From Desulfobacteraceae bacterium (GTDB taxonomy: Bacteria; Desulfobacterota; Desulfobacteria; Desulfobacterales; SURF-7), in the NCBI GenBank assembly GCA_003599865.1, contig QZKS01000095.1:55248-79247 (forward strand): DNA of 24,000 nucleotides, written 5' to 3'. Shown piece by piece: positions 9,757-18,909 of this stretch. The translations under genes were made by a program, and so were the position numbers. How positions within the stretch are numbered: the first letter of the stretch is position 1; each line of letters starts with the position of its first letter. Below the pieces are notes generated by a model, which searched no databases, was not told where the DNA came from, and saw nothing but the letters and a program-made list of their open reading frames with translations.

Positions 9757-9937
9757 TGCCATCAGGATTGCTCAAACAGCATATTGGAATGTTGTTTCCG
9801 GACATGAAATATGCTAACGGTAATACGGCTATCAAAAATCCATCAAATCAAAAATGCATAAATCTGATCAAACCAAATGAAAAAGCAGTCTTCTATATTA
9901 ATTTGCCATGGAAATATAAAGGGGGATCGGAAGTATT

Positions 9938-10786
9938 ATGACACGCAAACGACATCAAAAATCGGGAAGTGGAAATGGGATCGGGAAAATATTCATGATC
10001 CTGGGTGTAATGTTTCTCATCGCCTCATTTACCGTGGGGTGCGATGACAGCATTCTGGAAGGTGTGGCAGATGATGATTCCTTTGAGGCAAAGCTGGAGG
10101 AGGCCCGCATCGCTCTTGACAAGGGCGAATATGCCAAAGCGGTTGACCTGCTGACGGCTCTGGACAACGAAAATCCCGGCAACGCAACCATTCAGCAGTA
10201 CTTGAGCAATGCGTATGCCGGTCTGGCGGGATTGGATACCTTCAATTTACTGATGACCATTGAGGCTCTGGATGATTCAAATAATTCCGGAAGCATTGAT
10301 ATGATGGGGCTGATCCTGGGGGATAGCAATGGTCTGATAACCGCATCTCAGCTCCAGTCCAAACTGGAAAATCTTGAAAATGCGATTCATACACTGGAAG
10401 GGATTTCCAGTCCGAATAATGACCACAAGGTTCAGCTTGGCCTTCTGGCGGTCGCCCATATTTCCCTGACACTGGGAAATATCGTTCTGGAGGACCAGGG
10501 GGGGACATCCGTCACGCTGACCGAGGATGCTTTGGCCAGCCGGTACAGCAGCGGCCAGCCGGCTGAATTCAGCAATGTTTCACCGGCCACTTTGAATACA
10601 TCAGGGTTGACAGCCGATCTTGGATATGTAGGAGAGGCCGTAATTGCACTGGACAGTATTTCCAGCCAGGATAATGACCTGTCACAGGATTTTTCACAGT
10701 TCCAGAGTGATATTGATAATGATGGTGACGGAAGCGTATCGGAAAGTAATCTTGAAACTTATATCAACAATCAAATCCGGGATTGA
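9938..10786 (+). CDS. TPR-containing lipoprotein with C-terminal EF-hand-like Ca2+ loop
   Basis: Lipobox-like IASFTVGC after a hydrophobic stretch; tetratricopeptide-like repeat EEARIALDKGEYAKAVDLLTALDNENPGNATIQQYLSNAYAGLAG; C-terminal DIDNDGDGSVSESNLE. Confidence 0.7.
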   Translation: MTRKRHQKSGSGNGIGKIFMILGVMFLIASFTVGCDDSILEGVADDDSFEAKLEEARIALDKGEYAKAVDLLTALDNENPGNATIQQYLSNAYAGLAGLDTFNLLMTIEALDDSNNSGSIDMMGLILGDSNGLITASQLQSKLENLENAIHTLEGISSPNNDHKVQLGLLAVAHISLTLGNIVLEDQGGTSVTLTEDALASRYSSGQPAEFSNVSPATLNTSGLTADLGYVGEAVIALDSISSQDNDLSQDFSQFQSDIDNDGDGSVSESNLETYINNQIRD

Positions 10787-10811
10787 TCTATTGATCTTAA
10801 GGAGGAATACT

Positions 10812-11915
10812 GTGAGTAAACGATCTTCGTATACCAATATCTCTGTGGCGGCGTTCACTTTCATGTGTCTCATCGGATTTACGGTTAGCCTTTCCGCTGC
10901 AGAATACCCGAACAATTATCGGGGAATCCGTCCTCTTGGAATGGGCGGGGCTTTTACCGCGATTTCAGATGATGAAAACGCCCTGTTTTATAACCCGGCA
11001 GGATTATCAAACATATCAACATTCAGCATGGGTATTGTGAATCCAATGGTTGATGTTTCGGAAAACAGCATTGATTTCTATCGCGATCTTACCGATGCGG
11101 ATCTGGATGATACCGGTGAAACCACGGAGTTGCTCAGAAAGCATGTCGGCGAATATCAGCATCTTGCCATCAACTGGATCCCTTATGTGGGTTTTAATGC
11201 CGCCAATGTCGGGGTTATGGTTGCCGGAATCGCCAGTGCGAGTGTGGATGCCGAAATCCGGAATCCGCCGTATCCTGAGTTTCACCCCAAGGCAAACTGG
11301 GACTACGGGTTCACTGGAGGAGCCGGCCTCAAGGTTCCGCTTCAGGGACTCCGTGTCGGGGGTACGGTAAAATACATCGACCGCGAAAGTCTTGATGAGG
11401 TTTATACCGCAGCCGATATCGCGGATGACGACTTTGAGGACCGCCTGGATGATGACCGGAAATCCGGTTCCGGCGTGACTATGGATCTCGGGGTGCTGTA
11501 TGAACTGCCCATAGAATCCTCTTTTACCACCGATGTCGGCCTGAGTGTCAACAACCTGATTGAAATGGATATGGATGATGCGGAAGATATCAAACGGACG
11601 ATCAATCTTGGCATTGCGACACGGCGGTCATTCGGCGGCTTCAAATTGATTGGTGCTTTTGATATCCTGGATATTACCAAAAGCTATGAGCAGGACGATG
11701 ATTTTATGAAGCGGATTCACATGGGTGCAGAGCTTCAGATGCCGGTAATTGCCGCCATTCGAATGGGGTTTAACCAGGGATACCTGACTGCCGGAGCCAC
11801 CCTGGATTTTCCCGTCGTGCGGCTTGATTTTGCGACCTATGCAGAAGAGGTCGGTGCCTATTCCGGCCAGCGGGAAGACCGGCGATATGTGGGCCAGCTT
11901 TCCATTGGATGGTAA
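10812..11915 (+). CDS. outer-membrane beta-barrel protein (FadL/PorV/UPF0164-like)
   Basis: GGAGG upstream of GTG10812; signal peptide MSKRSSYTNISVAAFTFMCLIGFTVSLSAAEYPNNYRGIRPLGMGGAFTAISDDENALFYNPAGLSNI; amphipathic strands to the C-terminus. Track start 10644 extends into the upstream gene. Confidence 0.75.
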   Translation: MSKRSSYTNISVAAFTFMCLIGFTVSLSAAEYPNNYRGIRPLGMGGAFTAISDDENALFYNPAGLSNISTFSMGIVNPMVDVSENSIDFYRDLTDADLDDTGETTELLRKHVGEYQHLAINWIPYVGFNAANVGVMVAGIASASVDAEIRNPPYPEFHPKANWDYGFTGGAGLKVPLQGLRVGGTVKYIDRESLDEVYTAADIADDDFEDRLDDDRKSGSGVTMDLGVLYELPIESSFTTDVGLSVNNLIEMDMDDAEDIKRTINLGIATRRSFGGFKLIGAFDILDITKSYEQDDDFMKRIHMGAELQMPVIAAIRMGFNQGYLTAGATLDFPVVRLDFATYAEEVGAYSGQREDRRYVGQLSIGW

Positions 11916-11920
11916 TACTG

Positions 11921-11968
11921 AAAAATGCCCGGATTTTATCTGTTTCAGAAAATTCCGGGCATTTTTTT
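11921..11968. terminator. bidirectional rho-independent terminator between convergent genes
   Basis: AAAAATGCCCGGA (11921-11933) pairs perfectly with TCCGGGCATTTTT (11954-11966), followed by a T run; an A run on the left serves the opposite strand. Confidence 0.85.
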
Positions 11969-12827
11969 ATTCGGATGTTGCCTGTTTGGCATAATCGGCA
12001 GGCAACCCTGACTGGATGATGTTCTTCACATCATCCATGAGCAGTTGAATATCTTTGTCCTTATAAGTTTCAATCGACACCGGCGGATGGATCATCATCT
12101 TCGCCCTTCCCGGAAAGAGATCCAGGGTTTTGGCAGGAAGGATGTCCTTTGTGCCCATGATGGTGATGGGTAGCAGGGGAAGATCCATATCCAGCGCAAA
12201 CCGGAAAGCACCTTTTTTAAACGGCCTGAGTTCACCGGTTTCGCTGCGGGTGCCTTCCGGAAAAAATATAACGGAAGTCCCATTTACAATCCGTTTTTTG
12301 GCCATATTAATGGATTCAATGGCAGCCGCCGGATTGGAACGGTCGATATAGATATGCTCGATTTTTTCACAGGCCGGTCCCAGGAAAGGCACCTTTCTAA
12401 GGGATGCTTTCATGACCCATTTGAAATCAATACCGATCCATCCATAGAGAATGAAAATGTCATAAAAACTTTGATGATTGGAAACAATCACATAGGATTG
12501 TTTCTCATCGATGAATTCGCGACCTTGAATGCTGACGAGCATGGGGGTCGCGTAGCTGTTTATTTTTGCCCACAGCATGCCGAATACGGTACTGGCAAAT
12601 CTGGGATTGACCAGCAGGGCCGATAGATAAGCCAGCATTCCTATAACAAACGTGTTCATTCCGACAAAAGGCATGAATATCAGGATTTGATAGGGTTTAT
12701 ACAGGATTCCGGCGACTCTCAGCGCAAACCTTTTGAATCGGATCGGCCTGAAATCCGTAAGGGAAAACATAAAGTATTTTTTAAACCTGTTGTTCAACAG
12801 ATTTTCCGTTTGATTGGTTTCCGGCAT
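11967..12827 (-). CDS. plsC: 1-acyl-sn-glycerol-3-phosphate acyltransferase
   Basis: NHQSFYD (HX4D) and FPEGTRSETGELRPFKKGAFRFA acyltransferase motifs. Confidence 0.92.
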   Translation of the reverse strand: MPETNQTENLLNNRFKKYFMFSLTDFRPIRFKRFALRVAGILYKPYQILIFMPFVGMNTFVIGMLAYLSALLVNPRFASTVFGMLWAKINSYATPMLVSIQGREFIDEKQSYVIVSNHQSFYDIFILYGWIGIDFKWVMKASLRKVPFLGPACEKIEHIYIDRSNPAAAIESINMAKKRIVNGTSVIFFPEGTRSETGELRPFKKGAFRFALDMDLPLLPITIMGTKDILPAKTLDLFPGRAKMMIHPPVSIETYKDKDIQLLMDDVKNIIQSGLPADYAKQATSE

Positions 12828-12926
12828 GTGATTATACCTGAATAAAGGTGAAAATGAATGTTACGGCAATAAAGCTTATTTTCACTTTTACAAAAGTTTT
12901 ACAAATAAATTAATCGACAAATTCGA

Positions 12927-13946
12927 TCATGTCAATAGGGGATAGGGCAGACGGTATTGTTTCTTCAATTGAAAAATCCGGTCCAGGGATTGATATGCCT
13001 GGTTTTTACGGTTTGAAGAATGCCCGGTCAGTGTGAGCATTTCCGTAAAGGCGGATTCGATATCCGGCCCCTTATGACAGATCAGGGCAATATCAATTTC
13101 CGCATCAAAAATGTACCGGATCGAATCCTTGATATCAAAATAGTTACGAATCGATCCCATATCCAGATCATCCGTCAGGACAAGCCCTTGATAACCCATC
13201 TGATCCCGCAACAGATCTTTTGCGATACGCCGGGAAAGACTCGCCGGAAGATCCTGGTCAAACTGAACATACCGGATATGGGATAACATGATGCCGGCTA
13301 CGTTCCGGTCAATGGCAGCCCGGAAAGGAAGCAGGTCGGTTTCCTCCATATCGGAAATGGATGCATCCAGAAAGGGAGCGTCAATATGGGAATCCAGGGT
13401 TGTCCGTCCAATACCGGGATAGTGTTTGGCAACGGCCATGATCCCATTATCCTGAAGGGTCTGAATAACGGTTTGGCCCATTGTTGCCACCCATTTCGGA
13501 TCGCAGCCGAAGGCTCTTTCCGTCATAACACTTTGAATACCTTCCAGAGGAACATCCATTACCGGGGCCATGTTCATGTTGATTCCAATGCTTTTCAGTT
13601 CGGATGCGGTAATCCTAGCAAAATCAACCGCATCTACTTCGTTTTTCATGGAGGGGTTTCCGGGGAAACAGGTGAACGGCTTCTTGAGCCGGGCAACCTG
13701 GCCGCCTTCCTGGTCGATGGCAATAAAAAGAGGCGGCTGGTTGCAGGAAAGAGCATAATCCTGAGCGGAAACGCATAACTCTCTGATCTGTTCCGGCGAA
13801 GACAGGTTTATGGCAAATAAAATAAGGCCTCCGATTTTTAATTCGCGAATGATGTATTTGAGGTCGCTGTTCAGTTCTTTTCCCTCAAAACCGACCATCA
13901 ATCGCTGTCCTGCTATCTGTCTGTCTGAGAAATCATGGAATGTCAT
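12927..13946 (-). CDS. nagZ: glycoside hydrolase family 3 beta-N-acetylhexosaminidase, NagZ-like
   Basis: FIAIDQEGGQVARL, NMNMAPVMDV, AVAKHYPGIGRTTLDSHIDAP, LVLTDDLDMGSI. Start trimmed to MTFHDFSDRQ at 13946. Confidence 0.88.
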   Translation of the reverse strand: MTFHDFSDRQIAGQRLMVGFEGKELNSDLKYIIRELKIGGLILFAINLSSPEQIRELCVSAQDYALSCNQPPLFIAIDQEGGQVARLKKPFTCFPGNPSMKNEVDAVDFARITASELKSIGINMNMAPVMDVPLEGIQSVMTERAFGCDPKWVATMGQTVIQTLQDNGIMAVAKHYPGIGRTTLDSHIDAPFLDASISDMEETDLLPFRAAIDRNVAGIMLSHIRYVQFDQDLPASLSRRIAKDLLRDQMGYQGLVLTDDLDMGSIRNYFDIKDSIRYIFDAEIDIALICHKGPDIESAFTEMLTLTGHSSNRKNQAYQSLDRIFQLKKQYRLPYPLLT

Positions 13947-13953
13947 AATGTGA

Positions 13954-15000
13954 TTATCTTTTCCTGATCTGGTATTTTCTGACAGCCTTGTTGTGTTCAG
14001 AAATGGTTGTTGAAAAATGATGTGTTCTATCCCGTTTTGCAACAAAAAACAGATAAGGGGCTTCGGCAGGATAGAGTGCCGCTTCCAGTGCTTTGTCCCC
14101 GGGATTGGCGATCGGTCCGGGAGGCAGTCCACGTATTTTATAGGTATTGTAAGGTGTCACCGTCTGAAGGTGTTTTCTGGTCAGATTTCCATTGAAATCC
14201 GGAATGGCATATATCACTGTGGGATCACTTTCCAGCCGCATTTTTTTTCGAAGCCGGTTATGGAAGACCGACGAAATCATTTTCCTTTCATCAGGAACAC
14301 CGGTTTCCTTTTCGATGATGGACGCGAGGGTGACAATCTCATGAATGGTCAATCCCAATCGTTTTGCCTGTTCATTCCAGTTTTCTGTAAACATTTCCTG
14401 AAACCGATTCACCATGGCGGTAATGATTTTCCGGGGTGTTGTTTCTTTTGAAAAAAGATACGTATCCGGGAAAAGATAACCTTCAAATGTATCGGCAGGG
14501 ATTCCCATTTCATGGGCGAGTTCAGGATCGGTTGCCGCCTGATAAAAATGATCAAAGGTTGCCAGACCTGATTTTTCGATCACCTGTGACACCTGAAAAA
14601 GATTGTAGCCTTCCGGAACGGTCACCCGATACAACATACTTTTGCCGGACACGATGATATCCAATATCTCATTCGGGGTCATGGACGGTGAAAGCGGGTA
14701 CTCACCGACCTTCAACCGGCGATCCAGGTCTCTTATCCGAGATAATACTTTTAATTTAAATGGACTTTTAATGATATTCCGTTCCTGAAGCTGTCTGGCT
14801 GCCTCATGAATATTTTGTCCGGGATGAACGGAAAAGAGTATCTTTTCCGTATTGGAGCTGCATGGCGTTTCAGCATATTGATAGATGCTTCTGATGAAAA
14901 AAAAGGCCGCTGTCAGAATGATGAAAGTGCAGATACAGAGTATGATAATCAGTTTTTTCAAGATCCGGCTTTTGCTTTTTGGGTGATCCGATTGTTTCAT
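13954..15000 (-). CDS. mltG: endolytic murein transglycosylase MltG (YceG family)
   Basis: N-terminal TM; FEGYLFPDTYLFSK; catalytic region LASIIEKETGVPDERKMISSVFHNRLRKKMRLESDPTVIYAI; TPYNTYKIRGLPPGPIANPG. Confidence 0.95.
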   Translation of the reverse strand: MKQSDHPKSKSRILKKLIIILCICTFIILTAAFFFIRSIYQYAETPCSSNTEKILFSVHPGQNIHEAARQLQERNIIKSPFKLKVLSRIRDLDRRLKVGEYPLSPSMTPNEILDIIVSGKSMLYRVTVPEGYNLFQVSQVIEKSGLATFDHFYQAATDPELAHEMGIPADTFEGYLFPDTYLFSKETTPRKIITAMVNRFQEMFTENWNEQAKRLGLTIHEIVTLASIIEKETGVPDERKMISSVFHNRLRKKMRLESDPTVIYAIPDFNGNLTRKHLQTVTPYNTYKIRGLPPGPIANPGDKALEAALYPAEAPYLFFVAKRDRTHHFSTTISEHNKAVRKYQIRKR

Positions 15001-15063
15001 CCGTAGGTTTTTATATTCCGTACTATTCTTAAACCAGTTTGCGGTTTGCGGCAAGCTCAAGTC

Positions 15064-15103
15064 AAAAAAAAAGGGCCGTACCACATTTAATGGTGCAGCC
15101 CTT
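15064..15103 (-). terminator. rho-independent terminator downstream of atpE
   Basis: On the minus strand: AAGGGCTGCACCATTAAATGTGGTACGGCCCTTTTTTTTTGAC, a hairpin with small mismatches followed by a U tract. Confidence 0.85.
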
Positions 15104-15124
15104 TTAAAACAAAAGACGCTTTTC

Positions 15125-15412
15125 TTACTTGGTGAGCAGTTCTGTAACCGTTGTAGCCATTGGTGCGGCATAGATCAAAATCAATGCAACAACCAATGCA
15201 TAAATACAGAGAGACTCGATCATCGCAAGACCGATCAGCATGGTAACCGTTACTTTACCAGAAGATTCGGGATTTCTTGCAATACCTTCAACAGCGGCCT
15301 TTAAACCAAGACCCTGTGCGATACCGCAACCAAATGCTGCGATGGCGATTCCAAAACCTGCTGCAGTTACGCAAGCGATAAAAAACTTTAATGCTTCAGC
15401 TTCCATTGACAA
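15125..15412 (-). CDS. atpE: F0F1 ATP synthase subunit c
   Basis: 95 aa, two TM helices: [58 protein letters not shown]. Confidence 0.95.
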   Translation of the reverse strand: MSMEAEALKFFIACVTAAGFGIAIAAFGCGIAQGLGLKAAVEGIARNPESSGKVTVTMLIGLAMIESLCIYALVVALILIYAAPMATTVTELLTK

Positions 15413-15484
15413 CCTCCTTAGAGTGATAAGTTAGCTCGGGCTTCTTCCATTAAACCCAATTTATGAATAAAAATTGTTTTTTCA

Positions 15485-16183
15485 TTAATGTGCATGTTCC
15501 ATTGCACCTGTAAAGTAGATGATGGAAAGCAGGAAAAAAACAAATGCCTGAACAAAAGAGACAAAAATACCGAGTGCCATGATCGGCAGCGGCGCCAGGA
15601 AAGCCCCGGCAAGACCAAAAAGGATCGCGAGTACAATTTCATGTCCCATCATATTTCCAAAAAGACGGAAGGTGAGGGAAAGGATTCGGGCGGCGTGTCC
15701 GATCACTTCGATAACGAAAATCAGGGGGCTCATCCACCATACCGGCCCCATGAAATGTTTGATGTATTTTGCACCATGGTATTTGATACCAATAACATGG
15801 GTAAAGACCACGACAACCAGCGCACAGGACAGGGTGGTATTGATGCTGGCGGTCGGCGGAAAGAATCCGGGTACCAGTCCGACCAGGTTTCCGACAAAGA
15901 TATAAATAAAGACAGTTGCCGCCAGTGGAAGCAGCCATCTTCCTTCTTCACCGGTGTTTTCGACCATAAACTCTTCAATGCCGGAAATCGTGACTTCAAA
16001 AAAGTTCTGCATTTTGTTCGGAACCATGGATATGTTTTTTGCGGCAAGGGCGCCAAAGAGCATCAGAATTGCCATAACCACCCAGGAATAAACGACATGA
16101 GGGTAGTGATGTGCAAAAGCATATACTGATTCCAATCCGATTACTTTAAATAAATCAACGAAAAACAGATAGGGATGTTCCAC
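15485..16183 (-). CDS. atpB: F0F1 ATP synthase subunit a
   Basis: FFPPTASINTTLSCALVVVVFTH...ILSLTFRLFGNMMGHEIV...FVQAFVFFLLSIIYF. GTG16183 follows AAGGAGG at the end of atpI; track start 16222 overlaps atpI. Confidence 0.93.
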   Translation of the reverse strand: MEHPYLFFVDLFKVIGLESVYAFAHHYPHVVYSWVVMAILMLFGALAAKNISMVPNKMQNFFEVTISGIEEFMVENTGEEGRWLLPLAATVFIYIFVGNLVGLVPGFFPPTASINTTLSCALVVVVFTHVIGIKYHGAKYIKHFMGPVWWMSPLIFVIEVIGHAARILSLTFRLFGNMMGHEIVLAILFGLAGAFLAPLPIMALGIFVSFVQAFVFFLLSIIYFTGAMEHAH

Positions 16184-16184
16184 C

Positions 16185-16571
16185 TTAGACAGCCTCCTTG
16201 AAGATGATTTTTGTAAGTTCATTCATGGTTGCGGCGATAATGCTGGCAACAACAACCGAAAGACCGATGAACAGGCCCAGCGGATTTACAAAATGCCCGG
16301 AAATGAGTACAAATATAATAATTCCGCTGGCAATAAAGCGGATATAATATTTTGCAAGAACAACATTATGGGATGATAAATAGGGGGGAGTTAATGCTTT
16401 TTTCAGTGTTTTGGCCAGAAGATGAAAATTGACGGTAACGATCAGTCCTCCGGAAAAAATTCCCAGGGCAAAGGCCATGGATGAGAAAAAAAATCCTGCC
16501 AGACTGGATAGGATAAACAGTATCCAGTTTGCCCGGGTAACGAAAAATAAAAGCCGTTCCTGTATGCTCAC
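16185..16571 (-). CDS. atpI: ATP synthase subunit I (AtpI-like)
   Basis: 128 aa, four TM segments, immediately upstream of atpB with overlapping ribosome binding site. Confidence 0.75.
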   Translation of the reverse strand: MSIQERLLFFVTRANWILFILSSLAGFFFSSMAFALGIFSGGLIVTVNFHLLAKTLKKALTPPYLSSHNVVLAKYYIRFIASGIIIFVLISGHFVNPLGLFIGLSVVVASIIAATMNELTKIIFKEAV

Positions 16572-16585
16572 TCCAAATATCCTTA

Positions 16586-16804
16586 TTAAAGCTTCCGGCT
16601 TTTTTTAACAGCCAGTGCTATGTTTTTAAACGCAGCCGCAATACCCAGTCCCAGACCGATCAGTGTCAGCCAAGGAGTTGTATCCAACCATCTGTCCAGG
16701 TAAACACCTGCAAACAGTCCGATGAAAATTGACAAGGCTACTGAAAAGCCCAGACTGCTGTAGTATGCAAGTTCGCGTATGGCAAGTCTGGTTTCTTTCT
16801 TCAT
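16586..16804 (-). CDS. atpZ: AtpZ/AtpI family small membrane protein
   Basis: MKKETRLAIRELAYYSSLGFSVALSIFIGLFAGVYLDRWLDTTPWLTLIGLGLGIAAAFKNI: two TM helices with the characteristic G-x3-D-x(7-8)-P-W/L-x-T spacing; operonic with atpI. Confidence 0.75.
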   Translation of the reverse strand: MKKETRLAIRELAYYSSLGFSVALSIFIGLFAGVYLDRWLDTTPWLTLIGLGLGIAAAFKNIALAVKKSRKL

Positions 16805-16877
16805 GGAAAAGAAGCCTTTACAAAAATCGCTCTGCAGCCGTGAATTCATCCTATATCCGAATGAATTCAAATTATGC

Positions 16878-16907
16878 TAAATATCACACGGAATTTAGAT
16901 AAGTCAA
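16878..16907 (-). promoter_or_regulatory. candidate sigma70-type promoter for atpZIBE
   Basis: Minus strand TTGACT (16907-16902), 18-nt spacer, TATTTA (16883-16878), about 75 nt upstream of the atpZ start. Confidence 0.4.
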
Positions 16908-17075
16908 TGCAAAAAACAGAATTGCTGGGGAATATTTTTTTCGGGTGTCTTTAAATATAATTATTTGATTTCAATAATTTTTTTTTGTAAATTTCCGGCA
17001 TGGCAAAGCCCTCATTTGATAGCGGATTTAAGAGGATTTCACCGGTTATCGTTGGTTGGTTTGCCGGTACACAGA

Positions 17076-18116
17076 TCACACTATGGTGATAAAACCATCC
17101 GGATGGTCCCCGGTGATTTCTCCGATGATGGCAGCGGTTATACCCTGATCCTTCATGGCTTTGAGACATTCTCCGGACTGTTTTGGGGGGATGGAGATCA
17201 AAAGGCCACCGGATGTCTGAGGATCAAAAATCAGATCCGAAAATACCTGCTTTACAGAGGAATCGACCCGGATATTCGGTTCACAAAAGGTTCGATTGTG
17301 ATAGGTTCCGGCAGGAATCAGGCCCATGGTTGCATATTCGACCGCCTGGGGAATAAACGATATGCTGCCGGTATCCAGACGGATCTGTTTCCGGCTTCCT
17401 TTTGCCATCTCCAGAAGATGACCGGCCAGTCCGAATCCGGTGATGTCGGTACAGGCAGACGGGGAAAACAAAAGCATGATTTCCGCAGCTTTCTTGTTCA
17501 GCGTTGCGGCGACAGCAACCAGCGTGCGGATTGTCTGTTGATCCGCAATTTTACCTTTGATGGCTGTTGCAAGGACTCCTGTGCCGATGGGTTTTGTAAG
17601 AATCAGATGGTCTCCGACCTTGGCCTTACAATTGGTCAGGACCTTATCGGGATGGATCAGACCGGTGACGGACAGTCCATATTTCAGCTCCCGGTCATCC
17701 ACGCTGTGTCCGCCGGCCAGAACCGCGCCGGATTCGTTGATTTTTTCCAGTCCGCCTTCCAGAATTTCCTGTAAAACGGTTTTCGGCATGTCTTCAATGG
17801 GAAAACAGACAATATTCATGGCCGTAATCGGTCTTCCGCCCATGGCATACACATCACTCAACGCATTGCCGGCGGCAATCCGTCCGAAATCAAACGGAGA
17901 ATCGATGATCGGTGTCAGGAAATCAAGCGTTTGAATCAGGGCAATGTCCGGGCTGATGCGAAAGACACCGGCATCATCCGCATGATCGAAACCGACAATC
18001 AGATCCGGATGTTTTTGTATTTTCAGATTTTTGAGAACCGAGTCCAGGACCCCTGGACTGAGTTTCGCCGCTCAGCCGGATGCCCGGACTTTTTCGGTTA
18101 ATGGTATTTCGATCAT
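17076..18116 (-). CDS. selD: selenide, water dikinase, selenocysteine-containing (UGA at 18074-18072 read as Sec15)
   Basis: Reading through one in-frame TGA gives [103 protein letters not shown]..., a complete SelD with U in the catalytic C/U position. The track starts only at an internal TTG (17861). Confidence 0.95.
18041..18074 (-). promoter_or_regulatory. bacterial SECIS element with its UGA codon
   Basis: Minus strand UGA, then 12 nt, then AGUCCAGG-GGU-CCUGGACU: a perfect 8-bp stem with G-rich 3-nt loop starting 21 nt after the UGA. Confidence 0.85.
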
Positions 18117-18117
18117 G

Positions 18118-18909
18118 TTAACTCCCGTTGGACCCGGTTTTAAGTCCGATTGCACCGGCAAAACGGCCGGTGATTTTTTGACTGCGGTATGAAAAAAACA
18201 GATCACTGCGGCATTTGGTACACAAACCGCTGATATGGATATTGTTCGCTCTGATCCCTGCCTCTTGCAACTGGTCGCGGCTCAATTCCCAGAAGTCAAA
18301 ATGGTTTTCGGTTTTCTGATATTTCCAGAACGATTCGGGGATTTCCTTTCGGTAATGAATAAATTCAGCACAACAAGGTCCCAGTGAAGGCCCGATTCCG
18401 GCAATGATTTGTTCCGGGTCGCAATCAAAATGATCTGCCATGGATGAAACGGTTTTACCGATGATATTCCGGAGACTGCCGCGCCAGCCGGAATGAACGG
18501 CCGCGACCACTTTCTGACCCGGATCAAACAAGAGGACCGGCTGGCAGTCTGCCACCTGGACCACGAGCATTTTCCCCAGGATGTTCGTAATCATCGCATC
18601 GCCGGTTTTTTCATCATGGATTGCCGGGCCGTTCTTCTGATCTTTTTTCAGACAAACAATATCCGAACCATGCACCTGACGGATAAACACCAGCTCATTT
18701 CCATCAAAGTATCTGGAAATTGCACGACGATTTCCGGCGGTGTCCGTCGGATCATCTCCGACGGTGGTGCTGATATTCAAACCCTGAAAAGGGCCTTTGC
18801 TGAATCCGGACAGGCGGGTAAACACACCATGATGGATTTCCGTATAACCGTTTAGATTGGGAAACCGATAAACGGTCAGGCTGTTTTGTTCCGAAAATTC
18901 AGATTCCAT
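18118..18909 (-). CDS. pgeF: polyphenol oxidase / peptidoglycan editing factor, laccase domain (YfiH family)
   Basis: FIRQVHGSDIV; VVQVADCQPVLLFDP; VVAAVHSGWRGSLRNI; IGPSLGPCCAEF; LCTKCRSDLFFSYR. Confidence 0.92.
   Translation of the reverse strand: MESEFSEQNSLTVYRFPNLNGYTEIHHGVFTRLSGFSKGPFQGLNISTTVGDDPTDTAGNRRAISRYFDGNELVFIRQVHGSDIVCLKKDQKNGPAIHDEKTGDAMITNILGKMLVVQVADCQPVLLFDPGQKVVAAVHSGWRGSLRNIIGKTVSSMADHFDCDPEQIIAGIGPSLGPCCAEFIHYRKEIPESFWKYQKTENHFDFWELSRDQLQEAGIRANNIHISGLCTKCRSDLFFSYRSQKITGRFAGAIGLKTGSNGS

Noticed and set aside
9744-9941. 65-aa plus-strand ORF between the PP-loop gene and the lipoprotein gene
   Set aside because: Overlaps the end of the PP-loop gene and has no recognisable similarity; more likely leader/promoter DNA. 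I also considered a riboswitch here, but found no consensus motif.
15488-16129. 213-aa plus-strand ORF
   Set aside because: Antisense shadow of atpB.
16959-16979. AT-rich inverted repeat AATTATT-TGATTTC-AATAATT followed by a T run on the plus strand
   Set aside because: Weak stem, and its T run points along the plus strand, where no gene ends; likely AT-rich promoter-region sequence.
16965-17774. 269-aa plus-strand ORF
   Set aside because: Lies entirely antisense to well-conserved selD and shows no recognisable domain; typical shadow ORF.
18072-18074. In-frame TGA in selD as a nonsense mutation or pseudogene
   Set aside because: It falls at the catalytic Sec/Cys position and is followed by a perfect bSECIS-like hairpin, so recoding is far better supported.
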